From: Podarcis tiliguerta
Taxonomy: Eukaryota
Assembly (NCBI GenBank): GCA_965153285.1
Contig: OZ229118.1
Length of the DNA stretch: 64,000 nt
Reading direction: 5' to 3' (one strand)
Below are positions 13,358-28,324 of the stretch, piece after piece. Each line of letters opens with the position of its first letter. The first letter of the stretch is position 1. Below the pieces are notes generated by a model. The model worked only from the letters and a program-made list of their open reading frames with translations. It made no database searches and had not been told where the DNA came from. The translations under genes and the position numbers were made by a program.

Positions 13358-15960
13358 AAATGCACACATAAACTAATAAAAAGCAAGCAAAAATCTATAC
13401 TAATACTAATAAATTAGCTATTTAAATTCTCAAAGCACTCTTTCCTCTGGCATCCAGAATGCTCTGCAAAATCTCCCAGCGATAGCTAAACTGGCAGCGT
13501 TAATATAGTGATTTGTGATTTCCATTAGTGATTTACCAATAAAAGCAAAGTAATGGGCTACTGTGTGCACATTCCTGAGGGCCTCTGAATTATTGCAGAG
13601 GATTACTGCAGTGCAGATATCTGCTGGAACCCAGCAAACCATGATTGGAGGTCTGAGAGCCAGCTTTGGGGACATACCATCCTTCTGCTCCCCAGCACAA
13701 ATTCTCCCTCCCTTCCACTGCTTGTCTCATCTATGATTTAGCATGACATCTCTACCAACTAGGTTCCTTCATAAGCAGGATTTTAAAGCAACTTAAAGCA
13801 GTCTAAAAATTTAAATAATGAATCACTATTAGCAGGAATTGGGAAATGGTTGTATTTTCGGCCTCCACTAATTACGCAGCTAAATTTCCTAAATTTCTAT
13901 TGCTAACTCTCAACATTGCTGGGCAAAACAAACCTGCCTCCTGGTCGGGAGCAGCAGGATTGAACAGAGCGGCAGAGCTAATTCCGCATGTGAAACCCTT
14001 CCGCTTGCACTGGCCAAGACAGAAGGGCCAGAGGGAGGCAGTTTTTCTCTCCTTTGTTTGCTGCAGCAACTCCAGGCTGGTACAGCAGAGAGAACTGGGA
14101 CTCTCAGCTGGCAATATGTGGGTTTAGGATCTACTGAATCCCTTGCCTGTTCTCCTCTTCCCCCTGTTTGTGGGGCTTATGCTGGCTACGCAGTACGCCA
14201 ACTACTGCAGTAGCTGTCTCAACTGCCAGTGCTTCCGGCAGATGCATGGCAGCAGAACTGCCTGCCACCAGAGCCAAACAGAGGCTCTGCTCAACCCTAA
14301 CCCTCCTCCAGGAGTGTAAATCAAGGGGATGGGATTGCTCCCCTAGTAACTTTCATGCAGATAGCTTAGGATCCATTGCCAGTCCTACTTTTCCTCTTCA
14401 TTCGGGGGCTTACGCTGGCTATCGCTGGCTACTGTATGCCTGCTACTGCCCAAGTGCCAGTGCTTTTTGGTAGATGGCTTTCATGGTGGCAGAGATGCTC
14501 GCTGGCATATTTGGGAACACCACCAGTTAAAAAGCAAAGGAAGTTCTAGCCTCTGAGCACCAGGCAGCACAAATCCACCTGCATCCATGATGACCAGCAC
14601 AGGAGAGGAGCCACTAAATCCACTGTCTTATGCTGGCTACCACTAGCTACCACAGTATGCAGCCTAGTGCAGTAGCTTCCCAAGTGCCAGAATTTATGGA
14701 GAATGCTTCCATGGCAGCAGAGTTGCCTACCAGCAGAGGAACACCTCCTCCCAATCCATATCCATTTCTAGGAGTACAGATCAGGGGGTTAGGATTCATC
14801 CCTTCTGAACTTTAACATAAATAGCTTTTGTACTTTGTTTCCTGGCACATCCATGCAGGATGGAGCCTGGTATGAGCAGTTTACCAGTTCTGCCCAGCAT
14901 GGAGGACTCCTGAGGGCAGCAAGGCATGGAAAAAAATATCACGTTGTTGGCCTTAAGTGAGCAAAGAACTCTTTTCTTTTATAAAAGGGGGGGGGGGATT
15001 TGAAAAGCTTCCCTGCCCCTATATGAAAGACAAATAGCTTACAACATGGCTATAATTATAAACTCGACAAGGTTGTCATAATAAATCCGCTCCCCCGCCA
15101 ACGGGTTTGTAACACAGGCATAAAAGAAATTCTGTTTCAGGAAAATCTTGGCAGAAGTTTTGTCAGCCTAGGAGAAAATATTTTTCATTTAATGAACAAA
15201 TTCAAACTTATTATTCAGGAGTGTGAGGGAAGGAGAGAAGAACCTTAGTGTTTACTTTGGACTCACGTTTAACTCATGTGCAATTAGAATTATAACTTCA
15301 GCCTATAGCAATTTGCCCATGAGAATCTTTCTTTCTCCCTTAAAAGGTTATGTTACCTGGGTTTGTAATGCGCAACACACATAGCTGTCCAAACTAATTT
15401 GCACGAAGCGCTTTAATCAAGAGAGCGCTGCTACCAGTTAATGCAAGCAGTGCACCTAAACAAAGATTTGCATGAGAGCTTTCCCTTCAGAACGGAATTG
15501 ATGGCAGAATCTGCATTTTAGAAATATTGCAGAGACTCTGTTTACTCGGTGGATGCAAGTGGGTCCAAAGTCTACAACATCTGACTTCCTAGGTTACTTT
15601 GGAAGAAGATAACTGTGAACCTGGATCTGCTACTGGGCTCTCCTTTCATGCCACGGCAATTAAAACTAACAGTAACCAATTCAAAGGCTAGGACTAGATG
15701 ACGTTCATATTTGATATGGTTTGATGAAGTTAGAGGAAGCCTACAGTAATCTTGCTGTTGCTCCAGCTATTGGTTTGTTTGAAGGGCTCAGCCAAAGTCA
15801 TCAAAGAAAACCTCAGAGAAGAAGAAGAGGACGTCCTAGTGCCCATAGCCATGTCCTTTTTCTATGCAATATGATAAACCATCAACGTCAGTTACCAGCA
15901 TGCAATATGTTCAGGGAAGGCTATGTTTGTGTCCACTGCTAAATCCCAGGTTAGCACTTA

Positions 15961-16344
<384 letters not shown>

Positions 16345-17809
16345 TTAACTAATCTTTATATATATGTGCAAAAATTAACCATACCTCAATTGATAGAAAG
16401 GAAAACTAACAAGCTTTCTTTATCCATAGAAACAGAGGTCTGGCAATTTTAACTTTCTAGTCCAGTGTTTCAACATTATTATTATTACTATTATTAACCC
16501 AGAAAATATGGCTGCATCCATATAATCAGGCGACACATGAACTTTATCCACCCCCACACAGCTCCTGTTTCACAGCTCCTTTCACATGAGAAGGGAAACA
16601 AATGAGAAAGCTGCAGTTAACCACAGCCTCCCATTACATGAGAACCAGGAACTATGAGCAAGCCAGTACTCAGAAGTCAAGTTTGAAATGTTGTAAAGTT
16701 GGCTTCCAAATTTTGGCTTATGGAAGCCATTAACCGTGGTTTCCGGCTTGTGCAAAAAGGGAAACTGTGATTTACTGTGGCTTATTTGTTTCCCCACACA
16801 ATGGACAAAGGGGCTGTGTGAAAGTGTCTGAAGCTAATCAATATCCTGGCTTTATGAAGCCAGATTTGATCATGTGAACTGAGGCTGCGTGTCCTACCCT
16901 TCATCCACCGGTCCTTACATATTCTGAACTCAGATTTTGCGTTACACTAATACAGATTTAGATCCAGAATATTCAATAGGTTTTTCACAGAAGTGAGGCA
17001 CAGTCAACAAAACCCACTGGGGACTGAAGGAATGGATTCTGGTCTCATGGGGAACCGGCACTGGTGGTAGCAAGGTGACGGGGCATGTTCTTCCCCATCC
17101 CTGGAACCGCATATATTCCTTTCTATCCTTCCCAAGTTTTCATCTCAATTTTCCTCTTAACTTCTATTATTAATAGTCCTTGAGTTTGATGTAATCCCTA
17201 AAGACAACTTGTCCTTTACAAACTAATTAGATTTTTGTAAGCATGCCAAGAGAACTGTAATGAATGTCAGGTTACTGGTACACAGACAGAGCTTGCCCTT
17301 TCTTACGAGAAAAAGGACCAGATTGTTTATCAAATTAACTACAAAGACAACATAGGTGGTTCATGAGTCCTCAGACCACATGCTGCATTCGAGTAGGTCT
17401 CAAGGCTTTGTTTCTTAATAATGGTTCAGATATAACCCCTTTGCCCAAAGAGCAGCCTAGCTGGGAGGTTCTACAAGAGAATAATCTGTGCTGATGACCG
17501 ATGCAGGAAAATGTTGGTCACAGCTGGGGAAGCTTTGGCCATCCAGAAGCTGTCTAACTCCAACTGCCATCAGCCCCCAGCCAATATGGTCAATGATAAG
17601 AGATTATGGGAGTTGTAGCCAATCAACTTCTGGGTGACTGTAGGTTTTTGATCTCTGCTGTAGATTCAGCCTCACAAGGAATTCAACCATTCAAACAGCT
17701 TGCTTGCTTGCTTGCTTACACACACACACACACACACACTCCACCCTTCATCAGAGCATCACAGGAGAAAAGATTCCCCCCCATGACAACTAAAGATATG
17801 TAATGAAGG

Positions 17810-18980
17810 CTCTAGAGAGAACATTCCACAAGTGGGGAGTCACTGCAGAAAAGGCCCATTCTTGTTTTGCCACTCTCCAGCTCTCTCATGGAGGAAGCAC
17901 ATAAAGAAGGGCCTCAAATGATGATTGCAGGGCCCAGGTTTGTTCATATGGGGAGAGTCGCTCCTTGAAGTATTGCAATCCTGGGCCATTTTAGGCTTTA
18001 TAGGTCAACACCCACACTTTGAATTGGGCCCAGATTGCAGGCTAGTTGGGCCAGAATTGGTGTTCTATCCTCAAACCATCTTGCCCCAGTGAGCAACCTG
18101 GACACTGGAACCAGCTGAAGTTCCTGAATCGTCTTCAGAGGCAGCTCCACACATAACATGTTGCAGTAATCTAACCTAGAGGTTACTAAAGCATAGACAA
18201 CAAAAGTTAGGCTTTCCCTGTACAGATAAGGGTGCAGCTGAAACTGAAGGAAACTAACGTCAGGTCATTATATAATGATCCAGCACAAGTCACTGAATAA
18301 TTCCTAATTTAACTCTCCACTTTCAGGAAGCTTTTACGATTCAAGTGTGACCCCCAACTGCCCAGATCATCACTGATAACCACATAAAACCAGCTATGTC
18401 CATTTCTAGACTGTGATAACCTCATCACAGTGGTCTCTTTGTGGGGCCACGTTTGAACACAGCCCATAAGCTGCAGCTCGTATAGAATTACATTGCCAGG
18501 AGGTTGTATGGGGTGAGCACATATGACACCATTTCTGAAGAGTTTGCACTGGCTGCTTATTACATGCTACCTTGCCAAATTCAATGTGTTGCTCTTGACC
18601 TATAAAGCCCTCAATGACTGAGGACCCAGATATCTGAAGGAGGGCCTCTTCATATATCAGCCTGCCTGCACACTGAGACCTTCTTCTTATGCAAGCTCAT
18701 TATGCAGGAACCTGAGAAAGGATGTGGTGGCATCTTGATTGTGGAATTCTGCCTGTCGCCAATATTGTCTAGAAATACACCAGTTCCGCGTGGATTTGCA
18801 AGAAGTGGAACTTGGTATACCTTCGAGTTGTCTGCTGTTGTATTTTAACAACAGGTGTGAGTTATTTTAATTAAGCTGTTTTTTGTTGGCTGCAATTTTA
18901 TTGAGAATCTTATGTTACCAGCCCTTGGGTCATGAACTTGATGAAGGGTAAGATATAAATGCAATAAATAAATAAATAGC
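17810..18980. mobile_element. Two decayed L2-like 3' fragments in opposite orientation (~17810-18245 minus, ~18410-18980 plus)
   Basis: LDYCN-like motif on the minus strand at ~18160; LHWL..YKALN-like stretch and aataa tail on the plus strand. Confidence 0.55.
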
Positions 18981-19723
18981 ACGACACACAGTAGTAGTTT
19001 GTCTTATGCTGAAGGCAATGTAAGCTCTTGAGCAAGTGGAATTATATATCTCTGGGTTTGCTTCATTTTTCTCATGCAACATGAAGCATAAAACAGCACT
19101 TCCTTAAACACAAGATCCCTTCCCCATATGGCTCCAACCTATGACATTTAAAACTTCTGTGAGTAATGGAGTGTGAGAATTACAGTAGGAATGCTTCACT
19201 ATATATTTTCAAGAAACGTTCTCTAAATAGAATGTTTTCCAAAACTTTTCCATGATGCAGTGGAAGGTCCGTCCAAATATATTAAAGGCCAAATCCCTTT
19301 TAGGAAATACTTACTGCAATTTGAAAAAGGAAGAGCTTTGCAAACAAGGCCAGAAGATAGAACCCAGTGCCTTTTCGTTTTGCTATCTTACAGAAATCAT
19401 GGAAACACGTGCGTTGCCACAAACACTCTCATGCAAAGCATCTTATCTGGGAGTAAAGTGCATTGAATAATATAATAGAACTTATTTCCAAGAACAAGTG
19501 TTCCAGATCAGGGTACAAATATTCTACCATGACATGCATTCATTTTATGAAGTATAAGTGAACTTAGGGACAATTTAGGGGCAAAGAAGAATTTAGCATC
19601 CATCTTAGAAAGTTAACTATCATTGACTTCCAAGAGGATATTTTATCTCCTGCTGAACCACAAGTCTCACAAAACATCATGCAGAGTGGATGAAATGAAA
19701 CACAAAAAATAAAAATATTGTAC

Positions 19724-19808
19724 CTATTACTTTATTCTTCTTTCCGTTTTTAATTGGCGTGCATAGCAAACTTTCTATATTCTGGTTTTTACTATCTGCA
19801 TTTTCATT
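19724..19808 (-). CDS. PDE5A: PDE5A exon 9 (85 nt)
   Basis: cag|NENADSKNQNIESLLCTPIKNGKKNKVI(G)|gtac. Confidence 0.94.
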
Positions 19809-20789
19809 CTGTTAATAAAAGAAACAAACCTTACTGACTTTATCAGTCGACACCAATGTTATAGATTAATCATGTAATATTTAAATTGTACAAGCATGAT
19901 CATTTATGAACATGCCGGATCATACTTCTCTCAGATTTTGGTTGGGGAAATTACAGTAGTAGCAACATTCTAAATCAACACAACTGTGAAATTTTCATTG
20001 AGATTTCCTCCATGATTTAGTACTCGAACACGTTTGCACTTTTGACAGCTGCTGTCAGGCTTTCTCTGCAGCAATAAACTGTACTTATATAATAGATACC
20101 TTTATGCCCAAATATTCACAACATTACAATTTTCAGAAGAACTGTATGAGAATACTTACCAATTTTGCAACTAACTTTAAAAACAGCAGCAGACCCTAAA
20201 ATAGTCATCTCCAGAATGGTGTCCCTCAGAGGTTTTGGACTACAACTTACACCAGGCCCAGCCAGCAGAGTAAGTGGTCAGGGATGAAGGGGTATTTAAT
20301 CCAAAACATCTGGAGCTGGTGGAAACCTGGCCTATAATTATCCCCTTCACAAGGTAACATACTGTTGGTTTTTTAAACAGCATAATCTACACAAATAGAT
20401 TCTAAGTAGAAAATTGCTAATGCTTTAAAAAAAAATCAAAATCAAAACACAGAGCCCTAGATATTCAAATGGCTAACTGGTAAGGGTAGGGCCTCTCTCA
20501 GTTTTGGGAGAGCAACAGTTGTAAAGATTTGTAGAGCCCAGTAAAAGTGAAAGGGGAGGATACAGAAGATAAACCAAAACTAGTCAATAGTTGCCAGTGT
20601 CAATTACATCTGTCTCTTCCCTACATTTATATACTAACATTCTCATGCTATTCATGGTGATGCATGTGGTTCTTTCCACCACCATTTAATCGATGAGCTG
20701 CATTAAGTTGAGAGATAGTGGTTGGTCCAAGGTCACCCAGTGACTTACAAAGGTGAGTGGGGATTTGAACCTGGGTTTCCCAGGTACTT

Positions 20790-21120
20790 GGGACGCGGGT
20801 GGTGCTGTGGGTTAAACCACAGAACCTAGGACTCGAATCCCCATGATGGAGTGAGCTCCCGTTGCTCAGTCCCAGCTCCTGCCCACCTAGCAGTTCGAAA
20901 GCACGTCAAAGTGCAAGTAGATAAACAGCCACCGCTCTGGCGGGAAGGTAAACGGCGTTTCCGTGCGCTGCTCTGGTTCACCAGAAACGGCTTAGTCATG
21001 CTGGGCACACGACCCTGAAGCTGTATGCCGGCTCCCTCGGCCAATAAAGCGAGATGAGAGCCACAACCCCAGAGTCGGTCACAACTGGACCTAATGGTCA
21101 GGGGTCCCTTTACCTTTACC
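20790..21120 (+). mobile_element. Sauria SINE with 12-bp TSD, nested in an older tRNA-SINE
   Basis: gggacgcgggtggtgctgtgg...tacctttacc; TSD ttcccaggtact at 20777 and 21121. Confidence 0.9.
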
Positions 21121-21772
21121 TTCCCAGGTACTGATCCCACACCCTAACCACATTAGTTCTCTCATATCCTGACATTCCACATAAAATGTTTGAGGCAGTT
21201 TACATGGAAACTGTTAAAATGTAACAGTAATGGGGGGGGGGACAGAAAAACAACAAATCCACAACACAGTACTAACCAGAGCAATGCAATAAACAATTAA
21301 TTGTAAGGCAAAAACACAGAATGCCACTCTATTAAAAAAACAACAATCCATTAAACATTTCAAAGGATAGTTATCAAAAAGTCTAGTCCATGATCCACCA
21401 CACAGCAAATCAGTGCATAAGTGATCTGTCCTGAAATCATCAGTGAGCTTGTTGTCTTTGTAACTGAAATCATATCAGAACTTTGCCTTCCTGGACCAGG
21501 TACAAAATGGTAGAAAATGGGCCAGACAGAGAGCAATTGCCATCAGGCTAGACAGGTATGGTCCCATGAAAGACGTAGACATCTCCAGAGTGGGAAGTGA
21601 AGCAGGTGTTGAGGGCTAATGTGATTATGCCTCTTGAAACTATTCAAGGCCTCTTAATGCAAGAATGACCCTAGAGGGGCATCACACAAGATCTTCTGTA
21701 ATTGAACTGCATGCACAAAAAGCCCTGCATTTTCCATTGGTAAGGTCAAAATCTAGATTTACATTTACTTAC

Positions 21773-21881
21773 TGTCCAAGGAAATCTTTTGTCTTGGCGA
21801 ATATCTGAAATGTTAAGAGGCTCCATGGTATTCTTCACGTATTGAGCATACATATAATTAATTTGGTTTGTATCATAGTTT
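21773..21881 (-). CDS. PDE5A: PDE5A exon 8 (109 nt)
   Basis: cag|[36 protein letters not shown]|gtaag. Confidence 0.95.
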
Positions 21882-22306
21882 CTGTTGGAGCAAGAAGAAA
21901 CAGAGTAATTTCTCTGCACCACCCTCCTCAGTGTTATTATTCAGTTATTGATCAACATCTACATAATCATCGGATGTACAATGAAACAGCCAAAAAGACA
22001 CCACACCAACTGATACGTTTGAGGCAAAACTAAAACAATACAAAATAAGATACTCCTGGCAAAGACCCATTTATCCAGCTGGGGAAATGTGTTGGAACAA
22101 AAATGTCTTCTTTGTTTCTGGAAAGTGGGTGCCTGTCAACAAGGGTGTTATTCCACAGAACAGGAGCAGCACAGTACTAAAATCCCTGCTTCGAGTTACT
22201 GCAGAATGAGCTTTCACAGACTCCAGGGATCTACTGGGTATATAAGGAATAAGGCAGTTTCTCAAGTAATCTGGTTCTGAGCTGTATGTGGCCTTATATG
22301 TTAGTA

Positions 22307-22548
22307 CAGTGGTACCTCGGGTTAAGTACTTACTTCGTTCCGGAGGTCCGTTCTTAACCGGTAACTGTTCTTAACCTGAAGCACCACTTTAGCTTATGGG
22401 GCCTCCCGCTGCTGCTGCGCCGCCGCAGCACGATTTCTGTTCTCATCCTGAAGCAAAGTTCTTAACCCAAGGTAATATTTCTGGGTTAGCGGAGTCTGTA
22501 ACCTGAAGCGTATGTAACCTGAAGCGTATGTAACCCAAGGTACCACTG
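22307..22548. mobile_element. Tc1/mariner-like MITE (same family)
   Basis: CAGTGGTACC TIRs, TA TSD. Confidence 0.9.
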
Positions 22549-22550
22549 TA

Positions 22551-23950
22551 CCAAGACATTGGAGCTGGCCTGGTAACAGATGGCAGCCAGTGCAAGCAAG
22601 CAAGATGTTCCATTCTGGCAGTAGTTTGCCCCCACAAGCAACCTAGTTGTCACATTCTGCACTAGCGGAAGCTTCCAGACAAACCCCAAGGGAAGCGCTA
22701 CATAGAGTGCATTGCAGTAATCCAACTGTGAGGTTACCAATGCATGGACAATTGTGGTCAAGCTATCGCAGTTCAGGAGTGGCCACAGCTGTCTTATCAA
22801 GTGAAGTTAGTAAAAGGCACTCCTAGTCACCAAAGACACCTGAGCCTCCAGTGACAGAGCTGGATCCAGGAGCATCCCCTAACTGCACACATGCTTCTTC
22901 AAGGAGAGTGTAAATGCATCCAGGGCAGGCAGCTTACCCACTTCCCAGACTTAGGAACCAGTCACCCACAGACCCTCCGCATTGGTAGAATTCAGGCTTA
23001 GTTTTTTTAGGCCGTATCTAGCCTACCACTAAGGGACGTAGGTGGCTCTGTAGTCTAAACCACAGAGCCTAGAGCTTGCCTATCAGAAGGTCGGCAGTTC
23101 GAATCCCCGTGATGGGGTGAGCTCCTGTTGCTTGGTCCCTGCTCCTGCCCACCTAGCAGTTCGAAAGCACATCAAAGTGCAAGTAGATAAATAGGTACCG
23201 CTCTGACGGGAAGGTAAACGGCATTTCCGTGTGCTGCTCTGGTTCGTCAGAAGCAGCTTAGTCATGCTGGCCACATGACCCAGAAGCTGTCTGCGGACAA
23301 ACGCTGGCTCCCTCAGCCTATAGAGTGAGATGAGCACCGCCACCCCAGAGTCATCCGTGACTGGACCTAACGGTCAGGGGTACCTTTAACTTTTTTAGCC
23401 TACCAATGCATCCAGACACTAGGCCAACCAGATGTTACAGAGAACCAGACTTAGGTATCATCAGAATACTGATGACACCTTGTTCAAAAGCTCCGAATTG
23501 TTTTATTTATTTTCATATAATTTATGTACCACTTGTTTATAAATTCAGGTCTGAACCAGATTGGAATGGGTTTGAATAATCAGTTCCCTCCAGGAACACC
23601 AGTAGCTGCTTGACCATGATCCTCTCGCATACTATGCCCCAAAAGAGGGTATTTGCAACAGGGTGGTAGTTGTTAAATACTATTGGGTCGAGTATGGGTT
23701 TTTTCAGAAGTGGCCATACTATTGCCTCTTTCAGGTGGACAGCTCCTTTCAGGTGGACAGAGATGTGTTCACCACAACCTGAACCCACCCAATCATTCCA
23801 CACGCCACGTAGGGTAAGGATCTGAAGGGCACATTGTTGGGCACATACTCACAAGCACCCTATCAGTGTCATCAACCTGCAGAAACTGAAACTCAGTCGA
23901 TGGGGCATTGAAAACCTCACTAGGGACTTTGTCAATCATGGCATCTAATG
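22551..23950 (-). mobile_element. L2-clade LINE fragments (decayed RT), interrupted by a Sauria SINE
   Basis: VHALVTSQLDYCNALYVALP..LVQN..RLL and LKEAIVWPLLKKPILDP..NYHPVAN. Confidence 0.8.
23033..23395 (+). mobile_element. Sauria SINE nested in an L2 fragment
   Basis: Same family; flanking direct repeat tagcctacca at 23019 and 23396. Confidence 0.88.
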
Positions 23951-26170
23951 ATCAACATTAACGTTCAACAAAGCAAGTTTAATGCATGCTTTTGTTCCCA
24001 AGGCAGCTTTGGACACTCAAATACCACACTTGAAATCTGAGATTTTTTTGTAGGCATAACGCTTTCTCCAGCACACACTCAACGTGCCTTTGCCCAGTAA
24101 TTTGCTTAAGTAACATGCTGGATTGTCAATAAAAAGGCATCCAACCAGAGCTGGATTTATCTGGGGGTTTTTATTTGTCTTTCAGTCCCACTGTTAATCC
24201 ATCTCTGAATACTGACTTCAAATAAATCTCCCTGCCAAGGGATCCAGGTATTGTCTTTCCATTGACCCTAAAGACCGTGGCTCTTGGGCTTTAGTTCAAG
24301 AAAAGCCTATTGGTAACCTGAACCGAACCATGTAAACAAAGTGCACATGAACAGAGTGTGAGGGAGCAGCTGCTTTCAGATGTGGTGCTTAAACCTCTTC
24401 TGCTTTTTCATTTTTTCAAATTGACAACTGAATGAAAAGCCAGTATTGGCTAGTATGTACATTTTATTTTAGAAAGCCTTATTTTCATTATATTTAATTT
24501 ATTAAATACATAGTGCAAATTCATAGTGGAATTGCATCTCCATTAAAAAGCTCAAAACTGATACACAATAAATGGCACTAGGAAAGCAAAGCATACATGT
24601 CTTAGATAAACTGCTTTTCCCCTCAGGGCAGTTTATTTTTATTGTTGTAGCTGGGAATAACACACCCAGATAATAGCAACTGGAGCTTCTCTAAACCATT
24701 CTGGGGCTATCATTACATCCATTCACCTATTACAACCATTCACCATTTAATTCTCTAATACTTCCCTAGACTTCTACAAGATGTCTGCCCTCAAGGTGTT
24801 GCTGGACTACAGCTTCTGTCATCTTTGACTACTGGCCACACTAGTTGGGGCTGCTGGAAGCTGGAGTCAAAAACTACTTTAGGGAAGGCTGCTCTATGCT
24901 AACAGCAATTTCAAAAAGAGATTACCCATGCAGTCTGTGTTTCAAAAGAAAAAGAAGAGCTACAGAATGGACAGTGGATGGCAGGTCTTGAGCAATCAAT
25001 GAAGGATGTTCAAAGGAATACAATGGAAAGATAATGAGTAGTAAGGTGCTGCAGGTTTTTAAAAAAATAGAAAAACATCAAACATAATGTACATCAAAGG
25101 TAAAAAATATAAGGGAACTAATGTTGGAGAATGAAAAGCATGCAAGAAGAGAGAGGTGTTTCTAAAATCAGATTTAATCATTTGCACTTGGAATTTTGGC
25201 ATGTTTGTAAAACAAAAACAAATTTGCTTCACAAATAACACAGAGCAGATGGAACCCTTATGAATGTTCTCAACACTTTTGAAAGTTCATGTTAAAAGAT
25301 GCTTTTCAGAGCTGAATGCACATGTCTTGCATTGCATTTGCTGTACTGTGATATAGCATTTCCTTCTTCCAATCAGACACAAAATAAATCTTTCCCAAGT
25401 AGTAATTATGTTATATTCCCTCCCCTCCCACTGTTGCCACTCTCTTTGCTGAAGACTCAGTCTTTCTCTGTACATACTCAGAAGACTTTTGCATTCACCC
25501 AATCACCTTCTGTTTTAAATTCATGCAGTCTGAAGAGTCTTGCATAATGCTGTACAGTGGGTGAGTGGAAAGAGCCCCATGTGCTCTAGAAGCGAAGCTT
25601 TTGGGGGTCCTTTGTGGTTAAGGAGATACATTTGAAAATGTGTTTACAAACAATTTCAAAACATCTCCGAACAAACTTGCCAGAGACTGTGCCTTGTTCT
25701 TCAAAAGCCTGGCATTAGGGGATGTTTTCTGCTTGGACCACCTTGTTTAGTGCAGCATCTGCAAAGACTCTGTGCCAAGATTCCTAGTTAAGAGCTCTGC
25801 ATGTATTTTATTAGGCAAATGTGATGACTTGGATATTGTGCCCTTCTAGAAAACTGTGGTCTGTAACCCTCTCCATAAGATGAATTTCTATGTCACATAC
25901 TACTCAATCTAGCTGGCACGCACTTTCATTCTAATCTACAGAATTAGGTGACAGGCCCATTGATTTTGAAGGAAATTGCCAAGGGAAGGATGCTTGGAAT
26001 AGCAGCCCAAGTCCCAGGAACATCAGCAGAATTAAATCAATTTCAGTAGTGAAAATAGGTCAACATTTTGACCACATGGCTTGGATAAAAGCTTTTAATA
26101 AAGGCTGAGTTGAATTAAACTTTCAAAATGTTCCCCGTGTCTTTCCATATGTCTGTTGTTTCTTGTATTG

Positions 26171-26338
26171 CAGGCATGTCCAACTCCCAAGAGACTGCGA
26201 TCTACTCACAGTATAAAAAGACCGGCTATGATCTACCCCTTGTCATTGCCAGAAGCTGTTGAGCTTTTTTTGGGGGGGAGGTTTGGCCAAAGGCGATCAT
26301 TAAACTTCATGCCGTGATCTACCTGTTGGACATGCCTG
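26171..26338. mobile_element. hAT-type MITE
   Basis: 14-bp TIR CAGGCATGTCCAAC; perfect 8-bp TSD ttgtattg. Confidence 0.9.
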
Positions 26339-27233
26339 TTGTATTGCTTCCAGGCTGACATTATGAGGACACTCAATGTTTAGATTTGACCCACCTGACC
26401 CTCAGAAGTGGCACACAGACAATCCCCATTAGTCCAAGCACAGACTGAGCACCAGCAGCATCAGCATGAGCTTTCACCAGGGCTGGCTGAGTAACTTAAA
26501 GCCCTCTAAATGTTGTTGAACTCCAACTCGCGTTTGCCCCAGCCAGCATGGTCAGTAGTCAGGAATGATACGCGTTGTAGTCCAACAACTTCTAGAGGGC
26601 CACAGGTTAGCCAACCCTGGTCTAAATAACTGTTTTGGGAGTGACTGTTGAAGGAAATCCCTTCCACCTGTTGTTTGCAATTCACCATCTCTGCATCTAG
26701 TTTAGCACTATATCATGCAACCAATGGTGGGGAACTTGCATGGCAAATACACTGCAGAACTAAGAGGGGGAAATAAGCCAACAAAATGATGAACCATCTT
26801 CATCTTGACAGGATCTCTTCTCCTCTTACTCACTCATGAAGGCAAGTATCTTCTTTCATATCTCCTCTATCCCACTCTCCTCATTGTGGACTTTGTCTAT
26901 GCACCCACCAGAAGTAGAATGGAGCCACTAATTTCCAACCCCTTTTGTAAAGCAACAAAGGAGCTTTTAAAAAGAAAAGTGTACTGAACATGTACAGCCG
27001 TTCTGTCTGGTAGTGCTGAATTTCTGAGCAAAGAGGAGTGCAACCCTCAGGGGATCTCTTCTGCGCAAGCTCCTATTAAATTAGCAGAATGCACAAGAGG
27101 TGTATCCTTGTGCATTATTTCATATCTGTGGCTTTGTGCAGCTAATGTTTCTGGCGATATGAAAGCAGAAAGCGCTGCATTTTCTGTCTTGCCCATGTGT
27201 CTGAGGCAATGGAAATTTGAGCTCCATTTTTAC

Positions 27234-27301
27234 CTTTTGTGAGTCTCACTTGAATTTTCTAATTCCTCAGATTCCATGTGAAAGACGCTGGAAAATGGAT
27301 C
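27234..27301 (-). CDS. PDE5A: PDE5A exon 7 (68 nt)
   Basis: tag|DPFSSVFHMESEELENSSETHK(R)|gtaaa. Confidence 0.94.
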
Positions 27302-28144
27302 CTAAAAATGAGAATAGAGTTTCAGCTTAGTTAGTATGTATAAATGGAATTATCTGTATTTCATGGCACTCAATTAATTAATTTATTCAAGGACAGCAGC
27401 AAGTTGCTTCTGTCTCATGTACCATGTTGTAAGGCATAAGAACATAAAAGCCCAGTTGGATCAGACCAAAGGCTCATCTAGTCCAGCATTCTGTTCCCAC
27501 AGTGGCCAACCAGATGTCCATGGGAACGCAACAGGCAGATGCGTCCAGCAACTGATATTCAGAGGCATACTGTCTCAAATACTGAAGGTAATATAGCCAT
27601 TTTCTTATGTGACTGCCTTAAATTTCTTAATGGGTTGTAATCAGGGACCATATGCTCCTCTCTACACCCAAAGAGTATCTTCTGAGTCCCTTCTCCAAGT
27701 GTCCTCACCAGGTGAGATGAGCTAGGTGGCACCCCAACCACGGAATGCTCTCCTCAGGTGCCTGCACCCTTGATGCCATTTCGGCATTAAGCAAACACCC
27801 TTTTTATGTTCGCAGGCCTTTTAATCTGTTCCTTCTTTAAATGTGCTGTACTGATTTTATGTTTTATTGATTTATTGTATGTGTGCTATTGTGGTTATTT
27901 TTGTTCTCAGTCACTATGAGAACATGGGAGACAGATTAAAAATTTTTATAATGCAAGGCAGGACGTCAGTACAGGGTGCACAACAACCACTGCACTCTGC
28001 TCTTTCAGTGGCTGCAATCCAGGGGTCTAGTCCATTGTTGTTCCTTGTATGCATATGGTCACTGAACGCAATTGCAAAAGATGGGCATCCAGTGCTGATT
28101 ATGGGAAGCAGAGTGCTGGCTCTAAGGAATCTAAGGGATACCTA

Positions 28145-28324
<180 letters not shown>

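Noticed and set aside
23033-23115. tRNA-like A/B boxes (also at ~6620, ~29640, ~48040)
   Set aside because: These are SINE heads, not tRNA genes.
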